From: Gammaproteobacteria bacterium
GTDB taxonomy: Bacteria > Pseudomonadota > Gammaproteobacteria > S012-40
Reading direction: 5' to 3'
Assembly: GCA_029879945.1 (NCBI GenBank)
Contig: JAOUPJ010000001.1
Coordinates: 1 to 39,049, forward strand
DNA: 39,049 bases
Made by a program: the position numbers and the translations under genes. A model generated the notes under the pieces. It did no database searches and had not been told where the DNA came from. It was given only the letters and a program-made list of their open reading frames with translations. Below, piece by piece: positions 1 to 8,492 of this stretch (the stretch's first letter is position 1; every line of letters begins with the position of its first letter).

Positions 1-671
1 ATGAGCGTGCTGCCAAAACGTTTGATAGGCATATTGGTGATGGTAAAGAGCTGATTGAACTGGATACCAAATTGATCATCGAGTTGTTTCTTGTAATCGG
101 CTTGCAATGCAGACTGGGAGGGAGGGAGATGGGGTCCGACGGGATTGTAGACCAGGTTAAGAATCAGAACACTGTCGGGTTTCCCGTAACCCAGTTGATT
201 CAGTTTTTTTAGGCCTTCAATACTGCCTTCGAATACGCCCTTGCCCCGCTGCTCGTCCACATTCGATTCACTGTAACAAGGAAGTGAGGCAACGACCTCC
301 ACTTGATGTTGGGCCAAAAACTGCGCCAGGTCTTCCTGTCCAGGCTCGTTGAGTATGGTGAGATTGCAACGGTCCATCACTTTGATCCCGGCCTCTCTGG
401 CCTGGCTGACCATGTATCGAAAATGGGGATTGAGTTCAGGGGCACCACCCGTCAAGTCCAAGGCGTTGACGCCAGCGCGAAAGGCAAACGCCAAAACCTG
501 ATCGATTACCTCCTTACTCATCTCTTCCTTTCGCTTGGGGCTTGCATTGACATGGCAATGCAAACATTGCTGATTACAGCGATAGCCCAGATTGACCTGC
601 AGAGTCTGTAAACTGCCGCGTCTTATTCGCGGAAAGTCACTTACTTCCAGTAAAGGCAGGGTTGCATGCAT
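1..671 (-). CDS. arsS: Radical SAM/Cys-rich protein, ArsS-like (arsenosugar biosynthesis family). N-terminal part only; the C-terminus runs off the left edge
   Basis: Not in the supplied ORF track because it is edge-truncated. Hand translation of the minus strand from ATG 671-669 stays open to base 3: MHATLPLLEVSDFPRIRRGSLQTLQVNLGYRCNQQCLHCHVNASPKRKEEM...LTGGAPELNP... CNQQCLHC is a CxxxCxxC radical SAM motif. GAGGA lies about 9 nt upstream. The ArsS family assignment is from memory of the family N-terminus. Confidence 0.72.
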   Translation of the reverse strand, partial: MHATLPLLEVSDFPRIRRGSLQTLQVNLGYRCNQQCLHCHVNASPKRKEEMSKEVIDQVLAFAFRAGVNALDLTGGAPELNPHFRYMVSQAREAGIKVMDRCNLTILNEPGQEDLAQFLAQHQVEVVASLPCYSESNVDEQRGKGVFEGSIEGLKKLNQLGYGKPDSVLILNLVYNPVGPHLPPSQSALQADYKKQLDDQFGIQFNQLFTITNMPIKRFGSTL

Positions 672-787
672 AGGGAAATCCTCAATCCAGTTATATGTTC
701 AGTATAAATTGCATCGATGCGTCTTCAAGCCCACTGGCTTTGTGGACATCACCTCGTCAATCCACTGACGCACCATCAGGCCCAATG

Positions 788-816
788 TTACAAATCTTTT
801 TCCATACGACTATAAT
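788..816 (+). promoter_or_regulatory. Sigma-70-type promoter for the ECF sigma/anti-sigma pair
   Basis: TTACAA (788-793), 17-nt spacer, TATAAT (811-816), 27 nt upstream of ATG 843. Confidence 0.45.
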
Positions 817-842
817 GCACAAAACCCAGAATTGGAAAATGG

Positions 843-1469
843 ATGTCGGATCGATTCACGGATGAACGAGGCCTGATTGAAGGGCTGAGCAAGGGCGAAG
901 ATGAGGCCTACCGCTACGCTATAAAATCCTACCAGGGAATTATGCTCTATGTAGCGACCAGTATAGTCGGGAACGCCATTGCTGAAGAGATTGTGCAAGA
1001 TGCCTGGGTTTCAGTGATCAAGTCCCTCTCAAAATTTGAAGGACGCTCCTCGCTCAAGACCTGGATTCTGCGCATTGTGAGCAACACTGCCAAGACCCGC
1101 TTGCGTAAAGAGTCTCGATCTGTGGCCATGGGCGATGCCCTGGATCTGGAACTGGCACAAGGTGCCCAGCAGGACCAGTTTGATGAAAGCGGTCACTGGG
1201 TATCGCCCCCTACCAGTTGGCACTTCGACACGCCCGAGGCAATACTAAGCTCGGAAGAACTGAAAGAGGCCATATCCCAGGCCATCACCCAACTGCCTGC
1301 TCTACAGCGCAGTGTGCTAACCCTAAAAGAGATGGAAGACCTGGAAATGGATGAAATCTGTAAGATTCTGGATATATCCGAGTCTAATGGTAGAGTCTTA
1401 TTGCACCGTGCGCGGTCACGGATCTATCAAGTTATTGATAATTTTGAAAATAGTAAAAGCCATGTTTAA
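843..1469 (+). CDS. RNA polymerase sigma factor, ECF subfamily
   Basis: 208 aa. Region 2 (EEIVQDAWVSVIKSLSKFEGRSSLKTWILRIVSNTAKTRLR) and region 4 HTH (LPALQRSVLTLKEMEDLEMDEICKILDISESNGRVLLHRARSRI). Confidence 0.9.
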   Translation: MSDRFTDERGLIEGLSKGEDEAYRYAIKSYQGIMLYVATSIVGNAIAEEIVQDAWVSVIKSLSKFEGRSSLKTWILRIVSNTAKTRLRKESRSVAMGDALDLELAQGAQQDQFDESGHWVSPPTSWHFDTPEAILSSEELKEAISQAITQLPALQRSVLTLKEMEDLEMDEICKILDISESNGRVLLHRARSRIYQVIDNFENSKSHV

Positions 1470-1701
1470 GTGTAAAGACATAAACCATCACACCAGCGAC
1501 TACCTGGACAAGAATTTGTCTCTGTGGAAACGCATGAACGTTCGGCTACACCTATTCATGTGCGGCCCCTGCCGAGATTTTGTACGTCAGTTTGGATTGA
1601 CTCGATCCAGCTTACAACATCTGTCCACTCCTGCGCCCACAGATGATAAAATTGACGCCGCGATCGCAAAGCTTAAGGCCAAGGTAAAGGAAAATCAGTA
1701 G
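1462..1701 (+). CDS. Small soluble zinc-binding (ZAS-type) anti-sigma factor, 79 aa
   Basis: In-frame ATG 1462 overlaps the sigma stop (ATGTTTAA). MFKCKDINHHTSDYL...HLFMCGPCRDF contains the H-x3-C-x2-C motif. No hydrophobic segment. The track ORF start at 1351 lies inside the sigma gene. Confidence 0.7.
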   Translation: MFKCKDINHHTSDYLDKNLSLWKRMNVRLHLFMCGPCRDFVRQFGLTRSSLQHLSTPAPTDDKIDAAIAKLKAKVKENQ

Positions 1702-1853
1702 AATAGCCTGAGATAATGCTATTAACAGGTTTTATTTAAGCATATAAGTATTATATAATTAGTGCTAGCTGTTGATCTAACTAAGAATAATTCTAAGATT
1801 AAACTACACGCTACAACGATTTCTAACTACATCAAAATATTGGCAGGTAAGGC

Positions 1854-3566
1854 ATGTCCACACTGATACAACCCTACGGCGGTAAGCTCGTAAACCTGTA
1901 TGCCTCTGAGGCAGAACAGGCCTCCATCAAACAGTCTTCAACTGACTACATCTCCTGGGATTTGAGCCACCGGCAGATTTGCGATCTGGAACTCCTGCTA
2001 AACGGCGGTTTTTCTCCTTTGACGGGTTTCATGGGCGAAGCCGATTACAACTCGGTGGTGAAGGACATGCGTCTGGCAGATGGTACCCTCTGGACCATCC
2101 CCATTACCCTGGACGTGAACGAAGATTTCGCCAAAAAGATTTCCAAAGACCAGACCATCGCCTTGCGTGACCAGGAAGGGGTGCTCATCGCAACTCTTAC
2201 CGTTTCAGACGTGTGGAAACCGAACAAGAGCCTGGAGGCCGAAAAGGTCTTCGGCGCAGACGATCTGGCACATCCGGCCGTTTATTTTCTACACAACCAG
2301 GCCGGCGATTACTACATCGGCGGCACCTTGAAAGGCGTGGAAGAGCCAGGCCATTATGATTATCGTCACTTGCGTGATACTCCGGCGGCCCTCCGCGCCA
2401 AGTTTGAAAAACTGGGTTGGCGTAAAATCGTCGCCTTCCAGACCCGCAACCCCATGCACCGTGCCCATCAGGAACTGACATTCCGCGCCGCACAGCAGGC
2501 AGAAGCCAATCTTCTGATCAACCCGGTAGTGGGTATGACCAAGCCCGGCGATATCGATCACTATTCCAGAGTACGTTGTTACCAGCATGTACTGGATCAA
2601 TATCCGGCTCAAACCACTGCACTGAGCTTATTGCCCTTGGCCATGCGTATGGCTGGCCCACGCGAAGCCGTATGGCATGCCATTATTCGTCGTAACCACG
2701 GCTGTACCCACTTCATCGTCGGCCGTGACCATGCTGGCCCGGGTAAGAATAGCCAGGGAGAGGATTTTTACGGCCCTTATGACGCGCAAGATCTGGTAAA
2801 ACAATTTCAGGAAGAACTACAGATCGAAATGGTCCCTTTTGAGGCCATGGTCTATGTTAAAGAGCGTTCAGAATATCGGCCGCTCAGTCAGGTCGAAAAA
2901 GACGAGACCGTTCTAAACATCTCAGGAACCGAATTCCGTAGACGTCTGCAAGAAGGCCTGGATATTCCTGAATGGTTCTCCTATGCACAGGTGGTGGCAG
3001 AACTGCGCAAGACCCATCCGCCCAAACACAAGCAGGGTGTCACACTGTTTTTTACCGGGCTATCCGGAGCCGGCAAATCCACCATCGCCAATGCCGTGAT
3101 GGTTAAACTGCTGGAACTGGGGGGCAGACCTGTGACCCTGCTCGATGGCGACCTGGTTCGCAAGCATCTTTCCAGCGAACTGGGATTCTCCAAGGAACAC
3201 CGCAACCTGAATGTGGAACGCATCGGCTATGTGGCCAGTGAAATCACCAAGAACGGTGGCTTCGCCATTTGTGCCCCCATCGCACCCTATGCGGCGACTC
3301 GTCGTAATGTACGTGAACTGGTTAGTGCCGTAGGTGGATTTCTGGAGATCTATATTTCCACACCCATCGATGTGTGTGAACAGCGTGACCGTAAAGGGCT
3401 CTACGCCAAGGCGCGAGCAGGGATCATCAAGACCTTCACCGGTATCAGTGACCCCTACGAAGCACCTGAGAAGCCCGAAATTGAAATCAACACTTCAGAG
3501 TGTTCACCCGAAGAGGCGGCACAACGTATTTTGTTGAAGATGGAAAGTCTGGGCTTTATTAAATAG
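1854..3566 (+). CDS. sat: Bifunctional sulfate adenylyltransferase (ATP sulfurylase) / adenylylsulfate kinase
   Basis: 570 aa. Sulfurylase core (QTRNPMHRAHQEL, GRDHAG) followed by an APS kinase domain with a P-loop (FFTGLSGAGKST). Confidence 0.92.
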   Translation: MSTLIQPYGGKLVNLYASEAEQASIKQSSTDYISWDLSHRQICDLELLLNGGFSPLTGFMGEADYNSVVKDMRLADGTLWTIPITLDVNEDFAKKISKDQTIALRDQEGVLIATLTVSDVWKPNKSLEAEKVFGADDLAHPAVYFLHNQAGDYYIGGTLKGVEEPGHYDYRHLRDTPAALRAKFEKLGWRKIVAFQTRNPMHRAHQELTFRAAQQAEANLLINPVVGMTKPGDIDHYSRVRCYQHVLDQYPAQTTALSLLPLAMRMAGPREAVWHAIIRRNHGCTHFIVGRDHAGPGKNSQGEDFYGPYDAQDLVKQFQEELQIEMVPFEAMVYVKERSEYRPLSQVEKDETVLNISGTEFRRRLQEGLDIPEWFSYAQVVAELRKTHPPKHKQGVTLFFTGLSGAGKSTIANAVMVKLLELGGRPVTLLDGDLVRKHLSSELGFSKEHRNLNVERIGYVASEITKNGGFAICAPIAPYAATRRNVRELVSAVGGFLEIYISTPIDVCEQRDRKGLYAKARAGIIKTFTGISDPYEAPEKPEIEINTSECSPEEAAQRILLKMESLGFIK

Positions 3567-3586
3567 TATTCCCGGTTTTTCGGAAC

Positions 3587-3620
3587 AAAAAAAACCGCGA
3601 TTGAAGTCGCGGTTTTTTCT
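3587..3620. terminator. Bidirectional rho-independent terminator between sat and grxD
   Basis: A-run, stem AACCGCGA (3593-3600), loop TTGAAG, stem TCGCGGTT (3607-3614), T-run to 3618. Sits between convergent genes. Confidence 0.75.
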
Positions 3621-3637
3621 TTTCATCTACAGATGAA

Positions 3638-3985
3638 TTATTCCTTTGCTTCACCCTCATCTGTTTTGGCCTTGGCTGCGGCCTCCTCCAGCATGGGTTT
3701 CAACTCACCCCGCTCGTATAACTCGAGTACGATATCGCAGCCACCGATCAACTCTCCGCTCACATAGATTTGAGGGAAGGTAGGCCAGTTGGCATATCGA
3801 GGCAGGTTTTGAAAGACTTCAGGATCTTCCAATACATTCACATAACCAAAATCGACCCCACAAGCGGCCAGCGCCTGAGCGGCCCGACTGGAAAATCCGC
3901 ACATGGGGAATTGGGGTGAACCCTTCATGTATATCACCACAGAGTTGCCTTCAACTTGCTCGCGAATGCGATCTAAAACGTCCAT
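3638..3985 (-). CDS. grxD: Monothiol glutaredoxin, Grx4 family
   Basis: 115 aa with the CGFS active site (PMCGFSSRA) and WPTFPQIYV..ELIGGCDI. Confidence 0.92.
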   Translation of the reverse strand: MDVLDRIREQVEGNSVVIYMKGSPQFPMCGFSSRAAQALAACGVDFGYVNVLEDPEVFQNLPRYANWPTFPQIYVSGELIGGCDIVLELYERGELKPMLEEAAAKAKTDEGEAKE

Positions 3986-4175
3986 TCCACTTACCCTCTA
4001 AGAGTCTGCTATGTTGATCAGTTTACCGAGGAAAACGCGTAGATTAAACCACAATTGTTATCGGCTCATTAATGGGTTCCGGTTTTTCCACCTGCACCTT
4101 ACTGAAGCAAGTGATCACTTACCTCAAGATTAGAATAATAACTTATTGTTTTAATTTACTATTTAGTAAGTTTCA

Positions 4176-6368
4176 TCACATTACCAGGGCCGCCCCCACG
4201 CTCAGACCCGGCCAGTATTCGCCTGTCTCCTTGCCAAAAGGCCTGTCTTTCGGTGCGATGTCTCTGGGGTTGTTGCGCTTGGTATTGACGCTGGCAGTGG
4301 CAAAAAGACGAATTTCGGGAATCAGCTGATAGTTAATACCCACTCCCAGGCTGAATTCGGGAGACAAATGGGCACAATGATGACACTGTTCAATGATATC
4401 GTTTTCCACCAAACGCGTCCCGATCAAGGCCTCGGTATCCAGTTGCCAGCTTTCCGCAAAGGGCAGGGACCAGCCCATGCCCCAGCGCAATCTGGCAAAC
4501 GAAATCTCCGAGTCTTCGGTTCTGCCACCAACTGAGAAATTATTATAAAACTGCCCAATCCCGGACTTCACCACTAGATTTTCATAACCCGATTCGTCAT
4601 ATGCCACACCCACATCCAGTCGCCCATTGCCAATCACATTGAGCAGCCCAAGGGCCAGTCCTTCATTTTTTTTGGATATATTGACCAGTCCCATTTGCAG
4701 ATCACTGACCTCGTCTGCCATATTGAAAATACCCAGCTGGTAGCCGTCTACACGTCCAGAGGTGTAGTTAAAAAACATGCTACCCTGAACACCGCTCAGA
4801 TCCTGTCTTATAATATTGACAAACCCAGCACCCTGAACGCCTTTCACATTCCCTTTTGTAATCGCCGCGAAACCGGCCCCGCTTACCCCCTTCACATCAC
4901 CCGATACCATACTCAAAAGACCAGCGCCCTGCCCACCCAGCAGATTACCTTGTGTAATCGCAGCAAAGCCTGCACCCTGCCCGCCTGTCACATCATTCTT
5001 AACAAGACTGACCAGACCGGCACCTTGCCCGCCATTTAAATCTCGTCCAGTCACCGCAAATACCACCGCTCCCTGTCCACCGTATACGTCTTCCTTGGTC
5101 ATCGCACCCACCACGCCTACCGAGCTTTTCGCTGCATCGGTATCACTCCCGATGAGTTGCAAATTGAGCTTCACAAACTCTTTCTTTTCGGGTGAGACTG
5201 GCTCCGGGTAGTCCACGCCCGGTACTAAAGAAATCTTTAGTGGGATCACTTCGTAGCGTTCATCATTCTCCGGATCAAGCGGGGCCTGCTCCGCGCTTCC
5301 TCGACTGACACCGTCTTCATTCTTCGCCAGAACTTCAAACTGAGACAAACGCAGCACGTTTCGCTGTCCTTTAAGCACTCGTTGCTGGGCTCCCATCAAC
5401 GTTCCCTGCTGATCCAGGGTGACGGAATAACTATCTGGAGCTAGGCTCACGTCCATGGTCGCATCAGCAGTCGTTTTATTTAATTCCACCACCAGCCTTC
5501 CAGAGGGGTCTCGTACATACAACCGCCCCACCAACTGCTTTTCTATACTCAAGGCCGCACTGGATTGACTCAATTCGGTCAAGACCAGATTCCCTGCACC
5601 CACAAGCTTGAAATCATAGGCCGCGTGTTGTGCGCCCACGAGTGAATCTTGCGTCTTGGCCAGCGTTTCATGAAAGGCGTATTGATAGGCCTCGTCCAGG
5701 CTCACCTTTTTATCCAGCGTGGTGTCCCCTGCCCCGCGCAATGCCGAAACGAGATAGTGGGTAAAATAGCCCCCACCCACGGCATCCGATTCCTGGGCGT
5801 TTTCATTGGCCGAACTGGAGGTGAGGATGGCATATCCTTTTACGCGGGAAGACTCGTCCACCATAAACGGCGGTTTATGGCTCCCGCCTTTGATGCGCGT
5901 AAACGCACCCGAGGCACAGGAATCCAGAATGGCAATCTGCACATCGGAATTCACACCCACCAAGGCCTTTTTGAGACGCGCATAAGCCAGTCGCTGTTGC
6001 CCTAACAACAGGCCTGTTTCGTCGGAATGACCGGAGTAGTAAAAAAATAACTCGCTACGTTTGGCAGGAGTTTTGTCGGAACGAATTTTGGTTTCGATCT
6101 TTACAAAGGCCTTTTCGATTTCTTCCGGACTGGGGTCCTGTAATAACAGGCTATTACTTGATTCCAGTCCACCCAATTCCTGTAACACATTGCGCACAGA
6201 CACGGCATCGGACTGGGTAAAACGCAAGGGTACACGACCACTGCCCCCGTCGTTTGCCGCCACCAAAATCGCGTAACGTTTCACGATTTCGCCTGCCGCA
6301 TAGGCTTGCCCTGTTAAGACTAGAAACAGACTCAGGAAAAAAACTTGTATCAGTACTTGATTCAACAT
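4176..6368 (-). CDS. Exported caspase-family (peptidase C14) protein with a Gly-rich 16-residue repeat region and a beta-rich C-terminal domain
   Basis: 730 aa. Signal peptide (..LVLTGQAYA/AGE). Caspase His (FFYYSGHSDE) and Cys (AILDSCASGAF) boxes. Repeats run from about residue 418 to 583. The start codon overlaps the anti-sigma stop (TGATG, 6366-6370). Confidence 0.82.
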   Translation of the reverse strand: MLNQVLIQVFFLSLFLVLTGQAYAAGEIVKRYAILVAANDGGSGRVPLRFTQSDAVSVRNVLQELGGLESSNSLLLQDPSPEEIEKAFVKIETKIRSDKTPAKRSELFFYYSGHSDETGLLLGQQRLAYARLKKALVGVNSDVQIAILDSCASGAFTRIKGGSHKPPFMVDESSRVKGYAILTSSSANENAQESDAVGGGYFTHYLVSALRGAGDTTLDKKVSLDEAYQYAFHETLAKTQDSLVGAQHAAYDFKLVGAGNLVLTELSQSSAALSIEKQLVGRLYVRDPSGRLVVELNKTTADATMDVSLAPDSYSVTLDQQGTLMGAQQRVLKGQRNVLRLSQFEVLAKNEDGVSRGSAEQAPLDPENDERYEVIPLKISLVPGVDYPEPVSPEKKEFVKLNLQLIGSDTDAAKSSVGVVGAMTKEDVYGGQGAVVFAVTGRDLNGGQGAGLVSLVKNDVTGGQGAGFAAITQGNLLGGQGAGLLSMVSGDVKGVSGAGFAAITKGNVKGVQGAGFVNIIRQDLSGVQGSMFFNYTSGRVDGYQLGIFNMADEVSDLQMGLVNISKKNEGLALGLLNVIGNGRLDVGVAYDESGYENLVVKSGIGQFYNNFSVGGRTEDSEISFARLRWGMGWSLPFAESWQLDTEALIGTRLVENDIIEQCHHCAHLSPEFSLGVGINYQLIPEIRLFATASVNTKRNNPRDIAPKDRPFGKETGEYWPGLSVGAALVM
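4620..5117 (-). repeat. Intragenic 48-nt (16-residue) tandem repeats inside the caspase-like gene
   Basis: GGQGAVVFAVTGRDLN / GGQGAGLVSLVKNDVT / GGQGAGFAAITQGNLL / GGQGAGLLSMVSGDVK / GVSGAGFAAITKGNVK / GVQGAGFVNIIRQDLS / GVQGSMFFNYTSGRVD, then degenerate copies. Confidence 0.85.
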
Positions 6369-7174
6369 CAGTTCATCTTTCTTATTGTAAATATGCTTTG
6401 TTCCATTCCTTGAGGTAAACCGGAGAGTTCACGTTGTGTCTCGTTTATGTGTGCGGCCTGCGCCTCTATGAGCGGTATCATTTTCTCAAAATCAATTTTC
6501 TTTTCAGCATAAAGAAAATAAAAGTGTTCAAAGCGGGGGGCATTATCCAGCACGTATGAATTATGCAACATAAACTCACCGCTGGGATTCACCGTGAACA
6601 AGGAATGTTGTTCATAAGGGAAGTGTTTGGTCACCATGCCGTTACCGTCAATAGAAATAATCATGCCGTAGTTAAAACCGGCCGCAATATAGGAAAGCTG
6701 TAACTGGTCACCCTGTTTGAGCGGCTGATTTTCGGCAACACTTTGTGGACCTTCCTTCGTATTCAGATAGAGCTTCAAATGGGGTTTGGCCCCTTTGAGC
6801 CGAATACCAATGTCTTCACCTATTCCAGTTGTGGTGACATTTGTAGGCGTCTGGTTTAGTAATAGGGTTGCGAAAACCATAACCGCCACCACAGGAAGGG
6901 CATAGGCCAAGCGATTCCAACTGAACCAGGGCGCAGGTTCTGATTCTGAACTGGCGATTCGAGAATTGCGATCGATTCGCTGTTGGATCTGCATGAGCAT
7001 GGCTTCATGATTGTGTTGCGATTGAAACTCGCGATTGGAATCCTCGATAGCTTGTAGACGTTGTCTTAATTGTTCGCTGTGTTCCAGGGCGCGTTCGATG
7101 ATGTCACGCTCGCTCTGCGTTAACTCACCCAAGACATACTGCTCCAGTCGCAGTTGTGAAATCTTGTCTGTCAT
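6368..7174 (-). CDS. Single-pass anti-sigma factor with a periplasmic C-terminal domain (DUF4384-like, tentative)
   Basis: 268 aa. Anti-sigma-type N-terminus (LEQYVLGELTQSERDIIERALEHSEQLRQRL), a TM helix (LAYALPVVAVMVFATLLL), and an ATGA overlap with the sigma gene (7171-7174). Confidence 0.65.
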   Translation of the reverse strand: MTDKISQLRLEQYVLGELTQSERDIIERALEHSEQLRQRLQAIEDSNREFQSQHNHEAMLMQIQQRIDRNSRIASSESEPAPWFSWNRLAYALPVVAVMVFATLLLNQTPTNVTTTGIGEDIGIRLKGAKPHLKLYLNTKEGPQSVAENQPLKQGDQLQLSYIAAGFNYGMIISIDGNGMVTKHFPYEQHSLFTVNPSGEFMLHNSYVLDNAPRFEHFYFLYAEKKIDFEKMIPLIEAQAAHINETQRELSGLPQGMEQSIFTIRKMN

Positions 7175-7677
7175 GAATCCACCCCTTGCAGTGTCTTTAA
7201 AGATTCGCGTAAGTGCCGAAGCCGTTTTCTCACACCCGATACAGACATGCCTATGGTCTCCGCCACCTCCTCCAGCGTCATGCCGTCGTGGTAGTGCAAG
7301 ACCGCTATGAGCCGTGTGGAATCCGGATGGTGTCTAAAGAGCCTGTCCAGCACAGACTGGTTCGCAATCTGATCTTGTGGATCGTCCAGGCTCGCGATCT
7401 GGTCCAGGCTGGGCATGTCGCTCGTCTCATCCATAGGGACTTCAGCACTCACTCGTCGTCTATTGTTGCGAATCATATTCAGGCAATGGTTGGTGGCCAT
7501 GGTATAGAGCAGGGAGGAAGGCGCGTTTTCATTCAGGCGTTGTCTATTCTCCACCAGTTTTACAAACACGTCTTGCATCGCCTCCAGAGCCAGTGCCTCA
7601 TTGTGCAATATATGCTTGCAACGACGAAACACCATCGCATTATATTTCCTATAGAGAGCCTCTATATCCAGTTCCAC
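7171..7677 (-). CDS. RNA polymerase sigma factor, ECF subfamily
   Basis: 168 aa. GTG start with GGGGA 7 nt upstream. Region 2 (AMQDVFVKLVEN..LYTMATNHCLNMIRN) and region 4 (HYHDGMTLEEVAETIGMSVSGVRKRL). Confidence 0.88.
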   Translation of the reverse strand: MELDIEALYRKYNAMVFRRCKHILHNEALALEAMQDVFVKLVENRQRLNENAPSSLLYTMATNHCLNMIRNNRRRVSAEVPMDETSDMPSLDQIASLDDPQDQIANQSVLDRLFRHHPDSTRLIAVLHYHDGMTLEEVAETIGMSVSGVRKRLRHLRESLKTLQGVDS

Positions 7678-7855
7678 ATCATTCCCCAGCGCTTTATTGC
7701 TGAAACACTATCGTCCATCAAAGTTGTCACTTTAATTCTAACATCTTAATAATCAACAGGTTATGAAATTTGCAAAAAAAGTGGCAGTTTTTTGATTCCC
7801 GGGTGTTTCAGTGAATAGCAAGTTTGATTTTAGGGCTCAACTTTAATTACGGGAG

Positions 7856-8434
7856 ATGACAATGAGACTAAAAAACACAGTCCTGGTTCTAATAAGCACT
7901 CTATTATTTATGGGCACCCTACAGGCGGAAGAGAGAGACACGCTGTTTCAGATTGGTGCCATCGATCACGGCGGCTTTGGGGGCTTTGGCAGCAAGGTTT
8001 CCCGGTTGAATGGGGAAACACAGACCTTGGGCGGAATCAAAGGCGCATGGCTGCTGAATAAACAGTATTACCTGGGATTTGCCGGATACGGTACCCATGA
8101 TGAAATTGCCAATACCAAATATGGTATGGGCTATGGGGGTCTGTTGACGGGTGTTTTCTTCAAGCCAAAGAACCTGGTTCGCTATAATCTGGAAATGATC
8201 ATTGGTGGCGGCAGCTTTGCCGAGTACCGTGACCACCATCAGTCCCAAAACGAGGTCGACAGCTTTTTTGTCTTCGAACCGGCCGCCAACGTTAATCTGG
8301 CATTGGCTAAATATGTGGACTTGTCTTTTGGGGCATCCTACCGATTTGTTGACGGCATTGACCTGGCGGAGTTCCAGTCTTCGGATATCGAAGGGTGGTC
8401 TGTTTCAACAAGCTTGATTTTTGGAACGTTCTAA
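7856..8434 (+). CDS. Putative outer-membrane beta-barrel protein (hypothetical)
   Basis: 192 aa. Signal peptide (..FMGTLQA/EE), alternating Gly/aromatic strands, terminal Phe (SLIFGTF). Divergent from the ECF operon. Confidence 0.6.
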   Translation: MTMRLKNTVLVLISTLLFMGTLQAEERDTLFQIGAIDHGGFGGFGSKVSRLNGETQTLGGIKGAWLLNKQYYLGFAGYGTHDEIANTKYGMGYGGLLTGVFFKPKNLVRYNLEMIIGGGSFAEYRDHHQSQNEVDSFFVFEPAANVNLALAKYVDLSFGASYRFVDGIDLAEFQSSDIEGWSVSTSLIFGTF

Positions 8435-8444
8435 AACTGAACTC

Positions 8445-8478
8445 GGGTGCGTAGGCACAACGCTACGCACCCGTTTTT
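8445..8478 (+). terminator. Rho-independent terminator
   Basis: Perfect 10-bp stem GGGTGCGTAG (8445-8454) / CTACGCACCC (8463-8472), followed by GTTTTT. Confidence 0.8.
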
Positions 8479-8492
8479 CATAAAAAGATTTA

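Noticed and set aside
303-611. 102-aa plus-strand ORF from the track
   Set aside because: It is antisense to the much longer, motif-bearing ArsS-like frame. It has a TTG start, no RBS and no recognisable motif.
1351-1461. 5' extension of the anti-sigma ORF (track start 1351)
   Set aside because: It lies entirely inside the ECF sigma coding region in another frame. ATG 1462, overlapping the sigma stop, gives a typical coupled ZAS anti-sigma.
7701-7728. TGAAAC motif as a possible ECF-type -35 element in the region divergent from the second ECF operon
   Set aside because: No CGT-type -10 element sits at the required 16-17 nt spacing (GTTG is found instead). It cannot be supported by eye.
7213-7749. 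178-aa plus-strand ORF
   Set aside because: It is a shadow ORF antisense to the ECF sigma gene, whose regions 2 and 4 are clear. The same reasoning applies to other long antisense ORFs, for example 4695-5039, 5649-6005, 10467-10904, 12695-13126, 13568-14041, 16681-17112, 22176-22687, 27944-28453 and 33940-34431.
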